DNA from: Lysobacter spongiicola DSM 21749
Lineage (GTDB): Bacteria > Pseudomonadota > Gammaproteobacteria > Xanthomonadales > Xanthomonadaceae
NCBI RefSeq assembly: GCF_900167055.1
Contig: NZ_FUXP01000005.1
Span: forward strand, 55,003-119,002
Length of the DNA stretch: 64,000 nt
Direction of reading: 5' to 3'
Both the position numbers and the translations under genes were made by a program. The notes under the pieces are model-generated. The model saw only the letters and a list, made by a program, of their open reading frames with translations, was not told where the DNA came from and did no database searches. Each line of letters begins with the position of its first letter. Position 1 is the first letter of the stretch. Shown here piece after piece: positions 51,225 through 60,967 of this stretch.

Positions 51225-52172
51225 GGATGTCATGTCGGCGGTCGCGCCGCGGTGGGCCGCGCGTGCCGCCCTGGCCAGCCGCGCACCCCGGTTCAGGCCG
51301 ATCCGGAGGCCAAGCGGCACCGACTCCCAGGGCAGCCGTTCCAGCAGGTTGCGCACCGTCAGCCCCAGTTCGACGTCACCGGTCAGCACCAGTCGCCGCT
51401 GGAAGAACAACGTGTCCGCGTCTTCCAGGCGGCTGGCCAGCAGGAGCAGGTCGGTGGCGGTGCCGCGCACGGTGGCTTCGGCCAGGTCGGTGGTCACCCG
51501 CAGCACATCGCCCTGCCGCTGCACCACCCAGGACAAGCCCAGGTCGGTGACTTCCACGCCCAGCCGCCGGTCTCGCATGAAATCCAGGTCCGGCCCCGCC
51601 ATGGGTACGGCCAGCACCCGCCCCATCGCCCGCTCCAGCAGCCGGGCGCGGGTGCGCTGCGGAAGCCGTCGAAGCAGCGGCGCCAGGCGGGAGGGCGGCG
51701 GAACCAGGGCCAGCAGCCTGGCGGCGGGACGGAAGGACACGTGGGCGGAGGTCGTCATGGCGGGCACGATGCCGGTGCCGGCCAGGACGTCGCCTTGACC
51801 CAGGTCATCCCACCCGCGTTGCGCCCGATGGGCGTCGCGGATCACAAGGTCCATCAGGGCGCGGGTCGTCTCGCGTGGCACCCCGAGCCGGGCGGCAAGC
51901 CGTTGCCCGCGCGAATGCACGGCCCCCTCGCGCTGCGCGTCACGCACGGGAACGCCACGCTGGCATTTCAGCCGGCCGGCCGTGGCGGCCAGGCGTGCGC
52001 GCGCCGCCACCAGCACCAGCAAAGCGTCGTCAACCACGTCGATGCCCCGGCGCACGCCTCCGAGCGTGGCGATCGGAACCACGCCGCTCAGTGGCCTTGC
52101 GGTACCGGTGCGTCGGCGTCCGGGCTGCCCCATCTCGGCACGTGGTCGTCGATGCCGGCTGCATCGAGCCAC
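51213..52172 (-). CDS. ubiT: chorismate-mutase (AroQ)-like domain fused in-frame to SCP2 protein UbiT
   Basis: The C-terminal ~180 aa match E. coli UbiT/YhbT (DADTLFFQRRLVLTGDVELGLTVRNLLE vs DPDTLFFQRRLVIEGDTELGLYVKNLMD). The N-terminal ~100 aa show an AroQ pattern (GIDVVDDALLVLVAARARLAATAGRLK...VPVRDAQRE). There is no stop between them. The true start is uncertain, and the short form would begin at 51758. Confidence 0.6.
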   Translation of the reverse strand: MARCSRHRRPRAEMGQPGRRRTGTARPLSGVVPIATLGGVRRGIDVVDDALLVLVAARARLAATAGRLKCQRGVPVRDAQREGAVHSRGQRLAARLGVPRETTRALMDLVIRDAHRAQRGWDDLGQGDVLAGTGIVPAMTTSAHVSFRPAARLLALVPPPSRLAPLLRRLPQRTRARLLERAMGRVLAVPMAGPDLDFMRDRRLGVEVTDLGLSWVVQRQGDVLRVTTDLAEATVRGTATDLLLLASRLEDADTLFFQRRLVLTGDVELGLTVRNLLERLPWESVPLGLRIGLNRGARLARAARAAHRGATADMTSDRG

Positions 52173-52356
52173 TCACCCATGCCAGTGGCAGGGCCCATCG
52201 CCCCCGTGTGGAACTGCCAGTCGAATTCGGTCATGGTGTCGCTGCCTGCGTGGTCTTCACGACACACAGGAGACGCTATTCCGGGGATCCGGGCAGTGAC
52301 CTGGATCAAGTGCGGGGCCGGCACGCCGGGAAGTGCCTGGAAGCCAGCCCGCGAAA

Positions 52357-52370
52357 TTTGATCCTGATCA
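52357..52370 (+). promoter_or_regulatory. FNR-like box TTGATCCTGATCAG
   Basis: One mismatch from TTGAT-N4-ATCAA. It lies 67 bp upstream of nirK, in the divergent nirK/ubiT intergenic region. Confidence 0.55.
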
Positions 52371-52437
52371 GGTCCCGGGGACCGCAATGCCTCACCCTCG
52401 CCGTCATGGCGCCAGCCATTTACTCCAGGGAGACTCC

Positions 52438-53970
52438 ATGAAACGTGCACCCCGCTTCATTGCCGCGACATTGGCCGCTTCGGCGCTGCTGCTGTCGGCC
52501 TGCGACGGCGACAACGATGCCACCCGTCCCGCAGGCGACCAGGCCAGTGCCGAGGCCGACGGAGAGACCGGCGGCTCGCGCAAGGGTGACTTCGGCCCGC
52601 CCCAGGGCGATCCGATCAATGCCGTGCTGACGTCGCCGCCGCACGTTCCGCCACCGGTCAACCGCAACCATCCGGCCAAGGTGGTGGTCGAGCTGGACGT
52701 GGTCGAGAAAGTGATGCCGATCTCCGAAGGCGTGGACTACACGTTCTGGACCTTCGGCGGCACGGTGCCCGGCAGCTTCATCCGCGTGCGCCAGGGCGAC
52801 ACGGTGGAGTTCCACCTGCGCAACATGCCCGACAGCAAGATGCCCCACAACATCGACCTGCACGGCGTCACCGGGCCGGGTGGCGGCGCGAGCTCCAGTT
52901 TCACCGCACCGGGCCACAAGACCCAGTTCACCTTCAAGGCCCTCAACGCCGGCCTGTACGTCTACCACTGCGCCACCGCGCCAGTGGGCATGCACGTCGC
53001 CAACGGCATGTACGGCCTGATCCTGGTCGAGCCGCCGGAGGGCCTGCCCCCGGTCGACAAGGAGTACTACGTGATGCAGGGCGACTTCTACACCACCGGC
53101 AAGTACCGGGAGAAGGGCCTGCAGCCGTTCGACATGGAGAAGGCGATCGACGAGAACCCGACCTACGTCCTGTTCAACGGATCGGAAGGCGCGATCACCG
53201 GCGACAAGGCCCTGACCACCTCGGTCGGCGAGAACGTCCGCCTGTACGTCGGCAACGGCGGCCCGAACCTGGTGTCGAGCTTCCACGTGATCGGCGAGAT
53301 CTTCGACAAGGTCTGGTACGAGGGCGGCACCCACTTCCAGGAGAACGTGCAGACCACGCTGATCCCGGCGGGCGGCGCGGCCATGATGGAGTTCCACATG
53401 GAGGTGCCCGGCAGCTACGTGCTGGTCGACCACAGCCTGTTCCGTGCCTTCAACAAGGGCGCGCTGGGCATCCTCAAGGCCGATGGCCCCGAGAACAAGG
53501 AGATCTACTCGGGCCTGGAGGTCGACGAGGTCTACATCGGCGACCGCGCGCAGGCGAACATGGAAGCGGTCGCCGTCGCTGCCGAGGCCGCCAGCACCGG
53601 CGACCTCACCGTCGACCAGCAGGTCAAGGCTGGCGAGGCGCTGTTCATGGGTACCTGCTCGACCTGCCACCAGGCCAACGGCCAGGGCATGGCCGGGGTC
53701 TTCCCGCCGCTCGCCAACTCGGACTACATCGCCAATGATCCCACGTCGGTGCCCCGCGTGACGCTGCACGGCCTGCAGGGCAAGATCACCGTCAACGGCA
53801 CCGAGTACAACTCGATCATGCCGCCGATGGCCCAGCTGACCGACGACGAGGTGGCCAATATCTCCACCTTCGTGCTCAACAGCTGGGGCAACCCGGGTGG
53901 TCGCGTGACCAAGGCCGAAGTGGCCGAGATCCGCAAGAACAAGCCTGAAAATGCTTCCGAAGGCCACTGA
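52438..53970 (+). CDS. nirK: copper-containing nitrite reductase with C-terminal cytochrome c domain
   Basis: Lipoprotein-like signal (LLLSAC), cupredoxin domains with T1/T2 Cu ligands (HNIDLHG, HCATAP...M) and a C-terminal CSTCH heme-c motif. Confidence 0.9.
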   Translation: MKRAPRFIAATLAASALLLSACDGDNDATRPAGDQASAEADGETGGSRKGDFGPPQGDPINAVLTSPPHVPPPVNRNHPAKVVVELDVVEKVMPISEGVDYTFWTFGGTVPGSFIRVRQGDTVEFHLRNMPDSKMPHNIDLHGVTGPGGGASSSFTAPGHKTQFTFKALNAGLYVYHCATAPVGMHVANGMYGLILVEPPEGLPPVDKEYYVMQGDFYTTGKYREKGLQPFDMEKAIDENPTYVLFNGSEGAITGDKALTTSVGENVRLYVGNGGPNLVSSFHVIGEIFDKVWYEGGTHFQENVQTTLIPAGGAAMMEFHMEVPGSYVLVDHSLFRAFNKGALGILKADGPENKEIYSGLEVDEVYIGDRAQANMEAVAVAAEAASTGDLTVDQQVKAGEALFMGTCSTCHQANGQGMAGVFPPLANSDYIANDPTSVPRVTLHGLQGKITVNGTEYNSIMPPMAQLTDDEVANISTFVLNSWGNPGGRVTKAEVAEIRKNKPENASEGH

Positions 53971-54745
53971 CCCGGGCCTGCGTGCGGCAGCCGCGCTACT
54001 GGCGGCGGTGGTCTCCACCGCCGCCGGTGCAGCCGACAAGGGTTATGCGGAGCTGCCCGGGGGCAGCTTCCGCAGCACGCTCGCCTACGAAGACATCAGC
54101 GCGGACCTGCGGGTCCGCCCCTTCGCGATGATGAAGCGGCCGGTGACCAACGGCGAGTTCCTCGCATTCGTGCAGGCGAATCCGCAATGGCGCCGGGACC
54201 GCGTCCCCACGGTGATGGCCGAGCCGAGGTACCTGTCGCACTGGGATGGTCCGACCGAGCTGGGCGAGGCCAGTGCCGGGCAACCCGTGGTCCAGGTCAG
54301 CTGGTTCGCAGCCTCCGCGTACTGCGAGGCCCAAGGCGCAAGGCTGCCGACCTGGACAGAGTGGGAGTACGCGGCGGCGGCCGATGAAACCCGCCGCGAC
54401 GCGCGCAAGGACCCGGTCTGGCGCGAGCGCATCCTGGCCTGGTATTCGCGCCCCTCCAACGCCGCCCTTCCCCGGGCCGGCCTGCAGACGCCGAACGTGT
54501 ATGGCGTGCAGGACCTGCATGGCCTGGTGTGGGAATGGACCGATGACTTCTCCTCGCTGCTGGTGGATGCGGACAACCGCAACCAGGGCGACCCCGACAA
54601 CGCGCGCTTCTGCGGCGCCGGGGCGCTGTCGATGGACGATCGCGACAACTACGCGGTGCTTATGCGGGTGGCGATGCTGTCCTCCCTGGGCGCCGAAGAC
54701 ACCACCGGCAACCTCGGCTTCCGCTGCGTCAAGGACCTCCCATGA
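53951..54745 (+). CDS. nirV: NirV (formylglycine-generating-enzyme/SUMF1-like) protein
   Basis: FGE-sulfatase fold motifs ([20 protein letters not shown]). The canonical position is downstream of nirK. Confidence 0.75.
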   Translation: MLPKATDPGLRAAAALLAAVVSTAAGAADKGYAELPGGSFRSTLAYEDISADLRVRPFAMMKRPVTNGEFLAFVQANPQWRRDRVPTVMAEPRYLSHWDGPTELGEASAGQPVVQVSWFAASAYCEAQGARLPTWTEWEYAAAADETRRDARKDPVWRERILAWYSRPSNAALPRAGLQTPNVYGVQDLHGLVWEWTDDFSSLLVDADNRNQGDPDNARFCGAGALSMDDRDNYAVLMRVAMLSSLGAEDTTGNLGFRCVKDLP

Positions 54746-55347
54746 AACGCATGCTCCCTTCGCTGCTGGCAGCCGTCGTGGTTCTCGCCGGCATCGCCGC
54801 GCCGGCCGTTGCCGCGCAATCGCCTGCCGCGCAGTCACCGCTACCGCGCGATTCGATCTACCAGCTGCCGGTGCAACTCACCGACCAGGATGGCCGCACG
54901 CAGCCCTGGAGTGCCCTTCGCGGCAAGCCCCGGCTGATGGCGATGTTCTACACCTCGTGCCAGTACATCTGCCCGTTGATCGTCGACAGCGGCAAGGCCA
55001 TCGAAAAGCAGCTGGACGAGCGGGAACGCGGCCGGATCGGCATCGTGCTGATCAGCATGGACCCGGAGCGCGACGACCCGGCAGCGCTGAAGAAGGTGGT
55101 GGAACAGCGCAAGCTCGACACCTCGCGCTGGACGCTGGCCAGCCCGCCCACCGGCGAGGTCCGCGCCGTCGCAGGCGTGCTGGACACCCGCTACCGCGCC
55201 CTCGCCGATGGCGAGTTCAACCACACCAGTTCGCTGGTCCTGGTGGATGCGGATGGCCGCATCCTGGCCCGCACCGACCAGATGGGCAGCAAGCCGGACC
55301 CCGAGTTCGTCGCAAAGGTGAAGCAGGCGCTGCGCCAGCCTCTGTAG
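54742..55347 (+). CDS. SCO1/SenC family copper chaperone
   Basis: Thioredoxin-fold CxxxC (CQYIC) plus a conserved His. A signal peptide is present. The stop TAG is supplied by the REP. Confidence 0.8.
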   Translation: MKRMLPSLLAAVVVLAGIAAPAVAAQSPAAQSPLPRDSIYQLPVQLTDQDGRTQPWSALRGKPRLMAMFYTSCQYICPLIVDSGKAIEKQLDERERGRIGIVLISMDPERDDPAALKKVVEQRKLDTSRWTLASPPTGEVRAVAGVLDTRYRALADGEFNHTSSLVLVDADGRILARTDQMGSKPDPEFVAKVKQALRQPL

Positions 55348-55419
55348 GAGCGGCTTCAGCCGCGATCGTGGAGTCGGCGAAGGCAGTCCAGGTCCGGTCG
55401 CGGCTGAAGCCGCTCCTAC
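55343..55419. repeat. GTAG-type palindromic REP between convergent genes
   Basis: The left arm GTAG gives the TAG stop of sco (+). The right arm CTAC gives the TAG stop of the mocR-like gene (-). Confidence 0.9.
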
Positions 55420-56830
55420 GAAGACAGCGCGCTCAACCGGCCGAGCGTCGCCAGTGCCGCCTGCGCGCGCGCATCCAGCGGATGCCCGCAATTCAACCGC
55501 AGGCAATGACGGAAGCCTCGGCTGGCCGAGAACATCGGTCCGGGCGCAACGCTGATGCCTTCGGCCGCGGCACGCCGCTGCACCGCCAGCGCATCGGTGC
55601 CCTCCGGCAGCTCGAGCCACAGGAAATAGCCTCCCGCCGGCCGCGTCACGCGCGTCCCCCGGGGGAAGTGGCGACCCACCGCGGCCAGGCACTGTGCCTG
55701 CTGTTCGGCCAGGGTCCGCCGCAGGCGCCGCAGGTGGCGATCGAACCCCCCGCGTTGCAGGTAGTGGGACAGCGCCAGCTGGGAAGGCACGTTGGTGTTG
55801 AGCGTGGTGGTGAGCTTGTGCCGGGCGATCCGGGCAGTGAACCTGCCCCCGCCATCCAGCCGATCCGGTGCCCCGGCGCAAGCGACTTGGAGAACGACGA
55901 GCAGTGCATCACCAGCCCCTCGCGGTCGAAGGCCTTGGCCGGCACGGGCCGCTCCCTGCCGAAGTACAGCTCCGCGTAGACGTCGTCCTCCACCAGCGGG
56001 ATGCCATGCCGTGCGAGCAGTTCGACCAGCTCGCGCTTGCGCTGGACCGGCATGCTCGCACCGAGCGGGTTCTGGAAGTTGCTCATCACCCAGCAGGCGC
56101 GGGGCCGGTGGCGTGAAATGGCGGTCTCCACGGCATCCAGGTCGATGCCTTCGCGTGGGTGCGTGGGCACCTCGATCGCGTGCAGCCTGCGCCGTTCGAG
56201 GATCTGCAGGGTGGCGTAGAAGCACGGGGACTCGACCAGCACCGCATCCCCCGGCGACGTCACCGCGCCGATGCACAGGTTCAGCGCCTCCAGTGCGCCA
56301 TTGGTGACCACGATGCCGTCCGCGTCCACCTGCATGCCACCCAGCAGGTAGCGCAGCGCGATCTGCCGGCGCAGCTCGGCGTTCCCGGGCGTGAGGTCGT
56401 CGACCGTGCTCCACGGGTCGATATGGGGCGCGGTGGTCGCCATGACCCGCCCCAGCCGCGCCAACGGGAACAGCAGCGGGCTGGGAAAGGCCGATCCGAA
56501 CGGCACCACGTCATGCGCCATCGTCGACTGCAGTACTTCGAACACCAGCTCGCTCACGTCCACCTGCCGGGATTCGCCATCGGGCCGGGACGCCTGCTCG
56601 GGTTCCGGCGGCCGGGCCACGGCGGCGCGGGTGACGTAGTACCCGGAGCGGGGACGCGACTCCACCAGGCCCCGTGCCTCCAGCAGGTAATAGCCCTGGA
56701 ACACGGTGGAGGGGCTCACGCGGCGCTCGGCGCTGGCCTGGCGCACCGATGGCAGCCGGTCGCCCGGCTTCAGCACCTTCCGGCCGATCGAATCGGCCAG
56801 TTCCTCGGCGAGGGCTTCGTAGAGCTTCAC
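55416..56830 (-). pseudogene. MocR/GabR-type (GntR HTH + class-I aminotransferase domain) regulator, frameshifted
   Basis: The N-terminal frame (56830-55646) and C-terminal frame (56414-55416) overlap. They rejoin if one G is added to the G5 run (plus-strand C5 at ~55845-55849), giving ...RIGWMAGGRFTARIARHK... Confidence 0.6.
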
Positions 56831-56963
56831 GGGACTCCCGGCACGGCGCCAATGGAGCTGAACGGACCCAACTGATATGGTCCCACAGCGGATTTCTGAG
56901 TCTACGCCCGCTGATCCGGTCGCCCTACCCTGTCATCCGACGCAGTCGCTTCCCGAAACGCCA

Positions 56964-57275
56964 ATGAATCCCCTGGTCGAACTCAACCTCGCGCTGATCC
57001 TGTTCGTGCCGTGGTTCGCCATCCTCGCGGTGCTGTTCTGGTTGTTTCCTCGGCAGCCGCGCACCTTGGCGCGCAAGGCCTTCGACACGGCCAGCCTGGT
57101 GCTGGCCACGGTGATGGCCGCGCTGGGCATGTACTGGTCGATGGAAAACGCCGACCCGCAATACGGTCACATGTGGCAACAGGTGCTGGCCACGACGCTG
57201 TCCTACGCCATGTTCCTGGCCGTGATGACGCTGGCGATGCTGGTACGTTGGCGGTGGCTGCGCCGCAGCACGTGA
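56964..57275 (+). CDS. small membrane protein (3 TM), divergent from mocR-like gene
   Basis: 104 aa and hydrophobic (LALILFVPWFAILAVLFWLF...). Confidence 0.4.
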   Translation: MNPLVELNLALILFVPWFAILAVLFWLFPRQPRTLARKAFDTASLVLATVMAALGMYWSMENADPQYGHMWQQVLATTLSYAMFLAVMTLAMLVRWRWLRRST

Positions 57276-57311
57276 AGGCCATTCTCCTACCGTGTGCGCT
57301 TGCCCGGCAAT

Positions 57312-57325
57312 TTGACGTCGGTCAA
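57312..57325 (+). promoter_or_regulatory. FNR/anaerobox TTGACGTCGGTCAA (perfect palindrome)
   Basis: Lies 56 bp upstream of the ccoN ATG. Confidence 0.7.
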
Positions 57326-57380
57326 TCCGCGCCCGGTTCATCCGCCCGATAATGGGCGCATACACAACCACGGGTTCTCC

Positions 57381-58892
57381 ATGACCGCGCATCCAGAGGC
57401 CGCCACGGCCCCCACGCAGGCCCGCGCCGGCGCGGGCCGCTCCACGCCCGCCCCCCGTGCCAACGATCCGGGCTTCTACAACGACAAGGTGGTCCGCCAG
57501 TTCACCTACGCCTCCATCTTCTGGGGGATCGTGGGCATGCTGGTGGGCGTGCTGATCGCGGCGCAGCTGTACTGGCCGGCGCTGAACTTCGAGATCCCGT
57601 GGCTGAGCTTCGGCCGGCTGCGCCCGATCCACACCAACGGCGTGATCTTCGCCTTCGGTGGTTCGGCGCTGTTCGCCACCAGCCTCTACATCGTCCAGCG
57701 CACCTGCCATGTCCGGTTGATCTCGGACCGGCTCGCCTCGTTCGTGTTCTGGGGCTGGCAGCTGGCGCTGGTCGCGGCGGTGGTGACCATGGCCGCGGGG
57801 CAGACCCAGGCGAAGGAATACGCCGAGATGGAATGGCACGTGGACCTGCTGATCGCGGTGGTCTGGGTGGCGTACGGCTGGCTGTTCTTCGGCACCATCA
57901 CCAGGCGCAAGGTGCCGCACATCTACGTGGCGAACTGGTTCTTCGGCGCCTACATCATCGCCATCGCGCTGCTGCACATCGTCAACAACCTCGCCATCCC
58001 GGTGGATTGGACCAAGTCCTACTCGGTCTACACCGGCGCGGTCGATGCGATGGCGCAGTGGTGGTACGGCCACAACGCGGTCGGCTTCATGCTGACCACC
58101 AGCTACCTGGGCATGATGTATTACTTCGTGCCCAAGCAGGCCGGGCGGCCGATCTACTCCTACCGCCTGTCGATCGTGCACTTCTGGGCGCTGATTTCGG
58201 TCTACATGTGGGCCGGCCCGCACCACCTGCACTACACCGCCCTGCCGGACTGGGTGCAGTCGGTCGGCATGGTGTTCTCGCTGATCCTGCTGGCGCCGTC
58301 CTGGGGTGGCGCGATCAACGGCATCATGACCCTGTCGGGGGTGTGGCATAAGCTGCGCACCGATCCGATCCTGAAGTTCCTGATCGTCGCGCTCAGCTTC
58401 TACATGATCGCCACCTTCGAGGGCCCGCTGCTCTCGATCAAGACGGTCAACTCGCTGAGCCACTACACCGACTGGACCGTCGGCCATGTGCACGCCGGCG
58501 CACTGGGCTGGGTGGCGATGATCACCATTGGCTCGCTGTACTCGATGTACCCGCGCATCCTCGGGCTGCCGTCGATGTATTCGGTCAAGCTGATCGACGT
58601 GCACTTCTGGGTGCACACCATCGGCGTCGTCTTCTACATCTCGGCGATGTGGATCGCCGGCATCACCCAGGGCCTGATGTGGCGCGCCACCAATGGCGAC
58701 GGCACGCTGACCTACTCGTTCGTCGAGTCGCTCAACGCCACCTATCCCTATTACCTGGGACGCCTGCTGGGCGGGCTGATGGTGTTCGCCGGCATGCTGG
58801 TGATGGCCTACAACTTCTGGCGCACCTGGCAGGCGGGCCGCGACGCGGCGCCGCAACCGGTGCTCGCCCCGCGCGACGACGTGCACGGCTGA
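57381..58892 (+). CDS. ccoN: cbb3-type cytochrome c oxidase subunit I
   Basis: 12+ TM helices with heme-copper His ligands. CcoN-specific motifs. Confidence 0.9.
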   Translation: MTAHPEAATAPTQARAGAGRSTPAPRANDPGFYNDKVVRQFTYASIFWGIVGMLVGVLIAAQLYWPALNFEIPWLSFGRLRPIHTNGVIFAFGGSALFATSLYIVQRTCHVRLISDRLASFVFWGWQLALVAAVVTMAAGQTQAKEYAEMEWHVDLLIAVVWVAYGWLFFGTITRRKVPHIYVANWFFGAYIIAIALLHIVNNLAIPVDWTKSYSVYTGAVDAMAQWWYGHNAVGFMLTTSYLGMMYYFVPKQAGRPIYSYRLSIVHFWALISVYMWAGPHHLHYTALPDWVQSVGMVFSLILLAPSWGGAINGIMTLSGVWHKLRTDPILKFLIVALSFYMIATFEGPLLSIKTVNSLSHYTDWTVGHVHAGALGWVAMITIGSLYSMYPRILGLPSMYSVKLIDVHFWVHTIGVVFYISAMWIAGITQGLMWRATNGDGTLTYSFVESLNATYPYYLGRLLGGLMVFAGMLVMAYNFWRTWQAGRDAAPQPVLAPRDDVHG

Positions 58893-58902
58893 GGACGCGG
58901 AC

Positions 58903-59517
58903 ATGGCATTCGGACACGAAAAACTCGAGAAGAACGTTGGCCTGCTGGCCGTGCTGGTGGCGGTTGCGCTGTCGCTGGGCGGATTGGCGGAGATCATCCC
59001 GCTGATGCGCCAGGCCGAGGCGATCACGCCGCTGCCGGGCGTCAAGCCCTATGCGCCGCTTGCGCTTGCAGGCCGCGACGTCTACATCCGCGAGGGCTGC
59101 GGCAACTGCCATTCGCAGATGGTGCGGACCCTGCGCTTCGAGACCGAGCGCTACGGCCACTACTCCCTGGCCGGCGAGTCGGTCTACGACCGGCCGTTCC
59201 TGTGGGGCTCGAAACGCACCGGGCCGGACCTGGCGCGCGTGGGCGGGCGTTATCCCGATGACTGGCACGAGGTCCACCTGATCGATCCCCGCGCGGTGGT
59301 ACCGGAATCGAACATGCCGGCATTCCCGTGGCTGGCGGACCAGACCGTGGACGGAAGCAAGGTCGCGGCGAAGATGCGCACGCTGCAGTCCATGGGCGAT
59401 CCCTACACCGACGCCGAAATCGAGCAGGCGGCGGCGGAGGTCGACGGCCGCACCGAGCTCGACGCGGTGGTCGCCTACCTGCAGGGGCTCGGCATCCACG
59501 CACCCAAGGGAGGCTGA
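58903..59517 (+). CDS. ccoO: cbb3 oxidase subunit II (monoheme c)
   Basis: CGNCH motif and an N-terminal TM. Confidence 0.9.
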   Translation: MAFGHEKLEKNVGLLAVLVAVALSLGGLAEIIPLMRQAEAITPLPGVKPYAPLALAGRDVYIREGCGNCHSQMVRTLRFETERYGHYSLAGESVYDRPFLWGSKRTGPDLARVGGRYPDDWHEVHLIDPRAVVPESNMPAFPWLADQTVDGSKVAAKMRTLQSMGDPYTDAEIEQAAAEVDGRTELDAVVAYLQGLGIHAPKGG

Positions 59518-59519
59518 AG

Positions 59520-59711
59520 ATGCTCTCCGGGATCATCACGGTCGTATTGATGGTGCTGTTCGTCGCCATGTGGATCTGGGCCTGGCGGCCGGCACGGAAG
59601 AAGGACTTCGACGAGGCCGCGCGACTGGCGGTCGAGGAGTCCGGGCGCAACAAGGGCGACGCGCTCAGGCGCGATGAAGTCAACCATTCGAAAGAAGGAG
59701 ACCGCCAATGA
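59520..59711 (+). CDS. ccoQ: cbb3 oxidase subunit CcoQ
   Basis: 63 aa with a single TM (MLSGIITVVLMVLFVAMWIW). Confidence 0.7.
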   Translation: MLSGIITVVLMVLFVAMWIWAWRPARKKDFDEAARLAVEESGRNKGDALRRDEVNHSKEGDRQ

Positions 59712-60655
59712 ATGCTGGCTGGTCGTGGTACATCCTGGTGCTGGCCGCGCTGAACATCGTCGGCGTGACCTGGCTGCTGTGGTTCACCGCCCGCCGTCGC
59801 CCCGGCGACCCCAAGCCCGAGGACACCAGCCATTACTGGGACGGCGACATCACCGAGTACAACAAGCCGATGCCGCGCTGGTGGATCATCGGTTTCTACC
59901 TGACCATCGTCTGGGGCGTGGCCTACCTGGTCTGGTACGGCGGGTTTGGCGGCTACGACGGCGTCAGCGGCTGGAGCTCGCGCGCCGAGCACCAGGCCGA
60001 CAAATCCTCGTGGGATGCGAGGCTGTCGGAGACGTTCGCACCCTACGAGGGCCAGCCGATCGACCAGCTTGCCGCCAACCCGGAGGCGCGGGAGCTCGGC
60101 CGCTCCATCTTCGCCAACACCTGCGCCACCTGCCACGGTTCCTCGGCCCAGGGCGCGATCGGCTACCCCAACCTCACCGACGACATCTGGCACTGGGGCG
60201 GCGCGCCGGAACAGGTGCTGCAGAGCGTCCTGGACGGTCGCGAGGGCATCATGCCCGAGTGGGGCACGGTGCTGACCGGCATGGGCGGTGAGAACGCTGT
60301 GGACTACGTGATCGCCTACACGCGTACCCTCGGCAATGAAGACCGGTCCCTGCAGAATGACTACATGGCCGCGCGCGGCAAGAAGCTCTACGACGGCGTC
60401 TGCGTGGCCTGCCATGGCGTGGAGGGGGAAGGCAATGTCGCCATGGGGGCGCCGGCCCTGAATGACGACTACTGGATGTACGGCAGCAGCCGGGAAAGCC
60501 TGCGCGAGACCATCATCAATGGACGGCACGGCGTGATGCCGCCGCACCGGGGCGTGCTGGGCGAAACCCGTGGCCGGCTGGTGGCCGCCTACGTGTGGTC
60601 GCTGTCCAACAGTCCGGCCGGGGGCGCTACCGGAAGCGGAGCGGCCGCGGAGTGA
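59708..60655 (+). CDS. ccoP: cbb3 oxidase subunit III (diheme c)
   Basis: Two CxxCH motifs (CATCH, CVACH) and an N-terminal TM. Confidence 0.9.
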   Translation: MNAGWSWYILVLAALNIVGVTWLLWFTARRRPGDPKPEDTSHYWDGDITEYNKPMPRWWIIGFYLTIVWGVAYLVWYGGFGGYDGVSGWSSRAEHQADKSSWDARLSETFAPYEGQPIDQLAANPEARELGRSIFANTCATCHGSSAQGAIGYPNLTDDIWHWGGAPEQVLQSVLDGREGIMPEWGTVLTGMGGENAVDYVIAYTRTLGNEDRSLQNDYMAARGKKLYDGVCVACHGVEGEGNVAMGAPALNDDYWMYGSSRESLRETIINGRHGVMPPHRGVLGETRGRLVAAYVWSLSNSPAGGATGSGAAAE

Positions 60656-60657
60656 GC

Positions 60658-60942
60658 GTGCAGGCGCCCCCGGACCACCCGCCCCGGCCGCTGGCACAGC
60701 GGCTGGGGGCCATCCTCTGGCCCAGCTTCTTCGCGGCGGGCGTGGCCACGATGGTGTTCTTCGCCTTCGTCGACCCGTTGGCCCTGCGCGACCTGACCTT
60801 CCCCGGCCTGGAGATGACCCGATCGATGGGCTACACGATCGGTTTCTTCATGTTCTGGCTGTGCACCGCTTCTTCGTGTCTGTTCACCTGGCTGCTGCTA
60901 CGCCCGGCAAGCCGCTTCAACCGACCGCTGCCGCCGGAGTGA
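60658..60942 (+). CDS. small hypothetical membrane protein between ccoP and ccoG
   Basis: ORF with 2 TM helices and a GTG start. An alternative GTG at 60652 overlaps the ccoP stop. Confidence 0.3.
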   Translation: MQAPPDHPPRPLAQRLGAILWPSFFAAGVATMVFFAFVDPLALRDLTFPGLEMTRSMGYTIGFFMFWLCTASSCLFTWLLLRPASRFNRPLPPE

Positions 60943-60967
60943 TCCCGGCGGCGCAGGACAAAGGACA

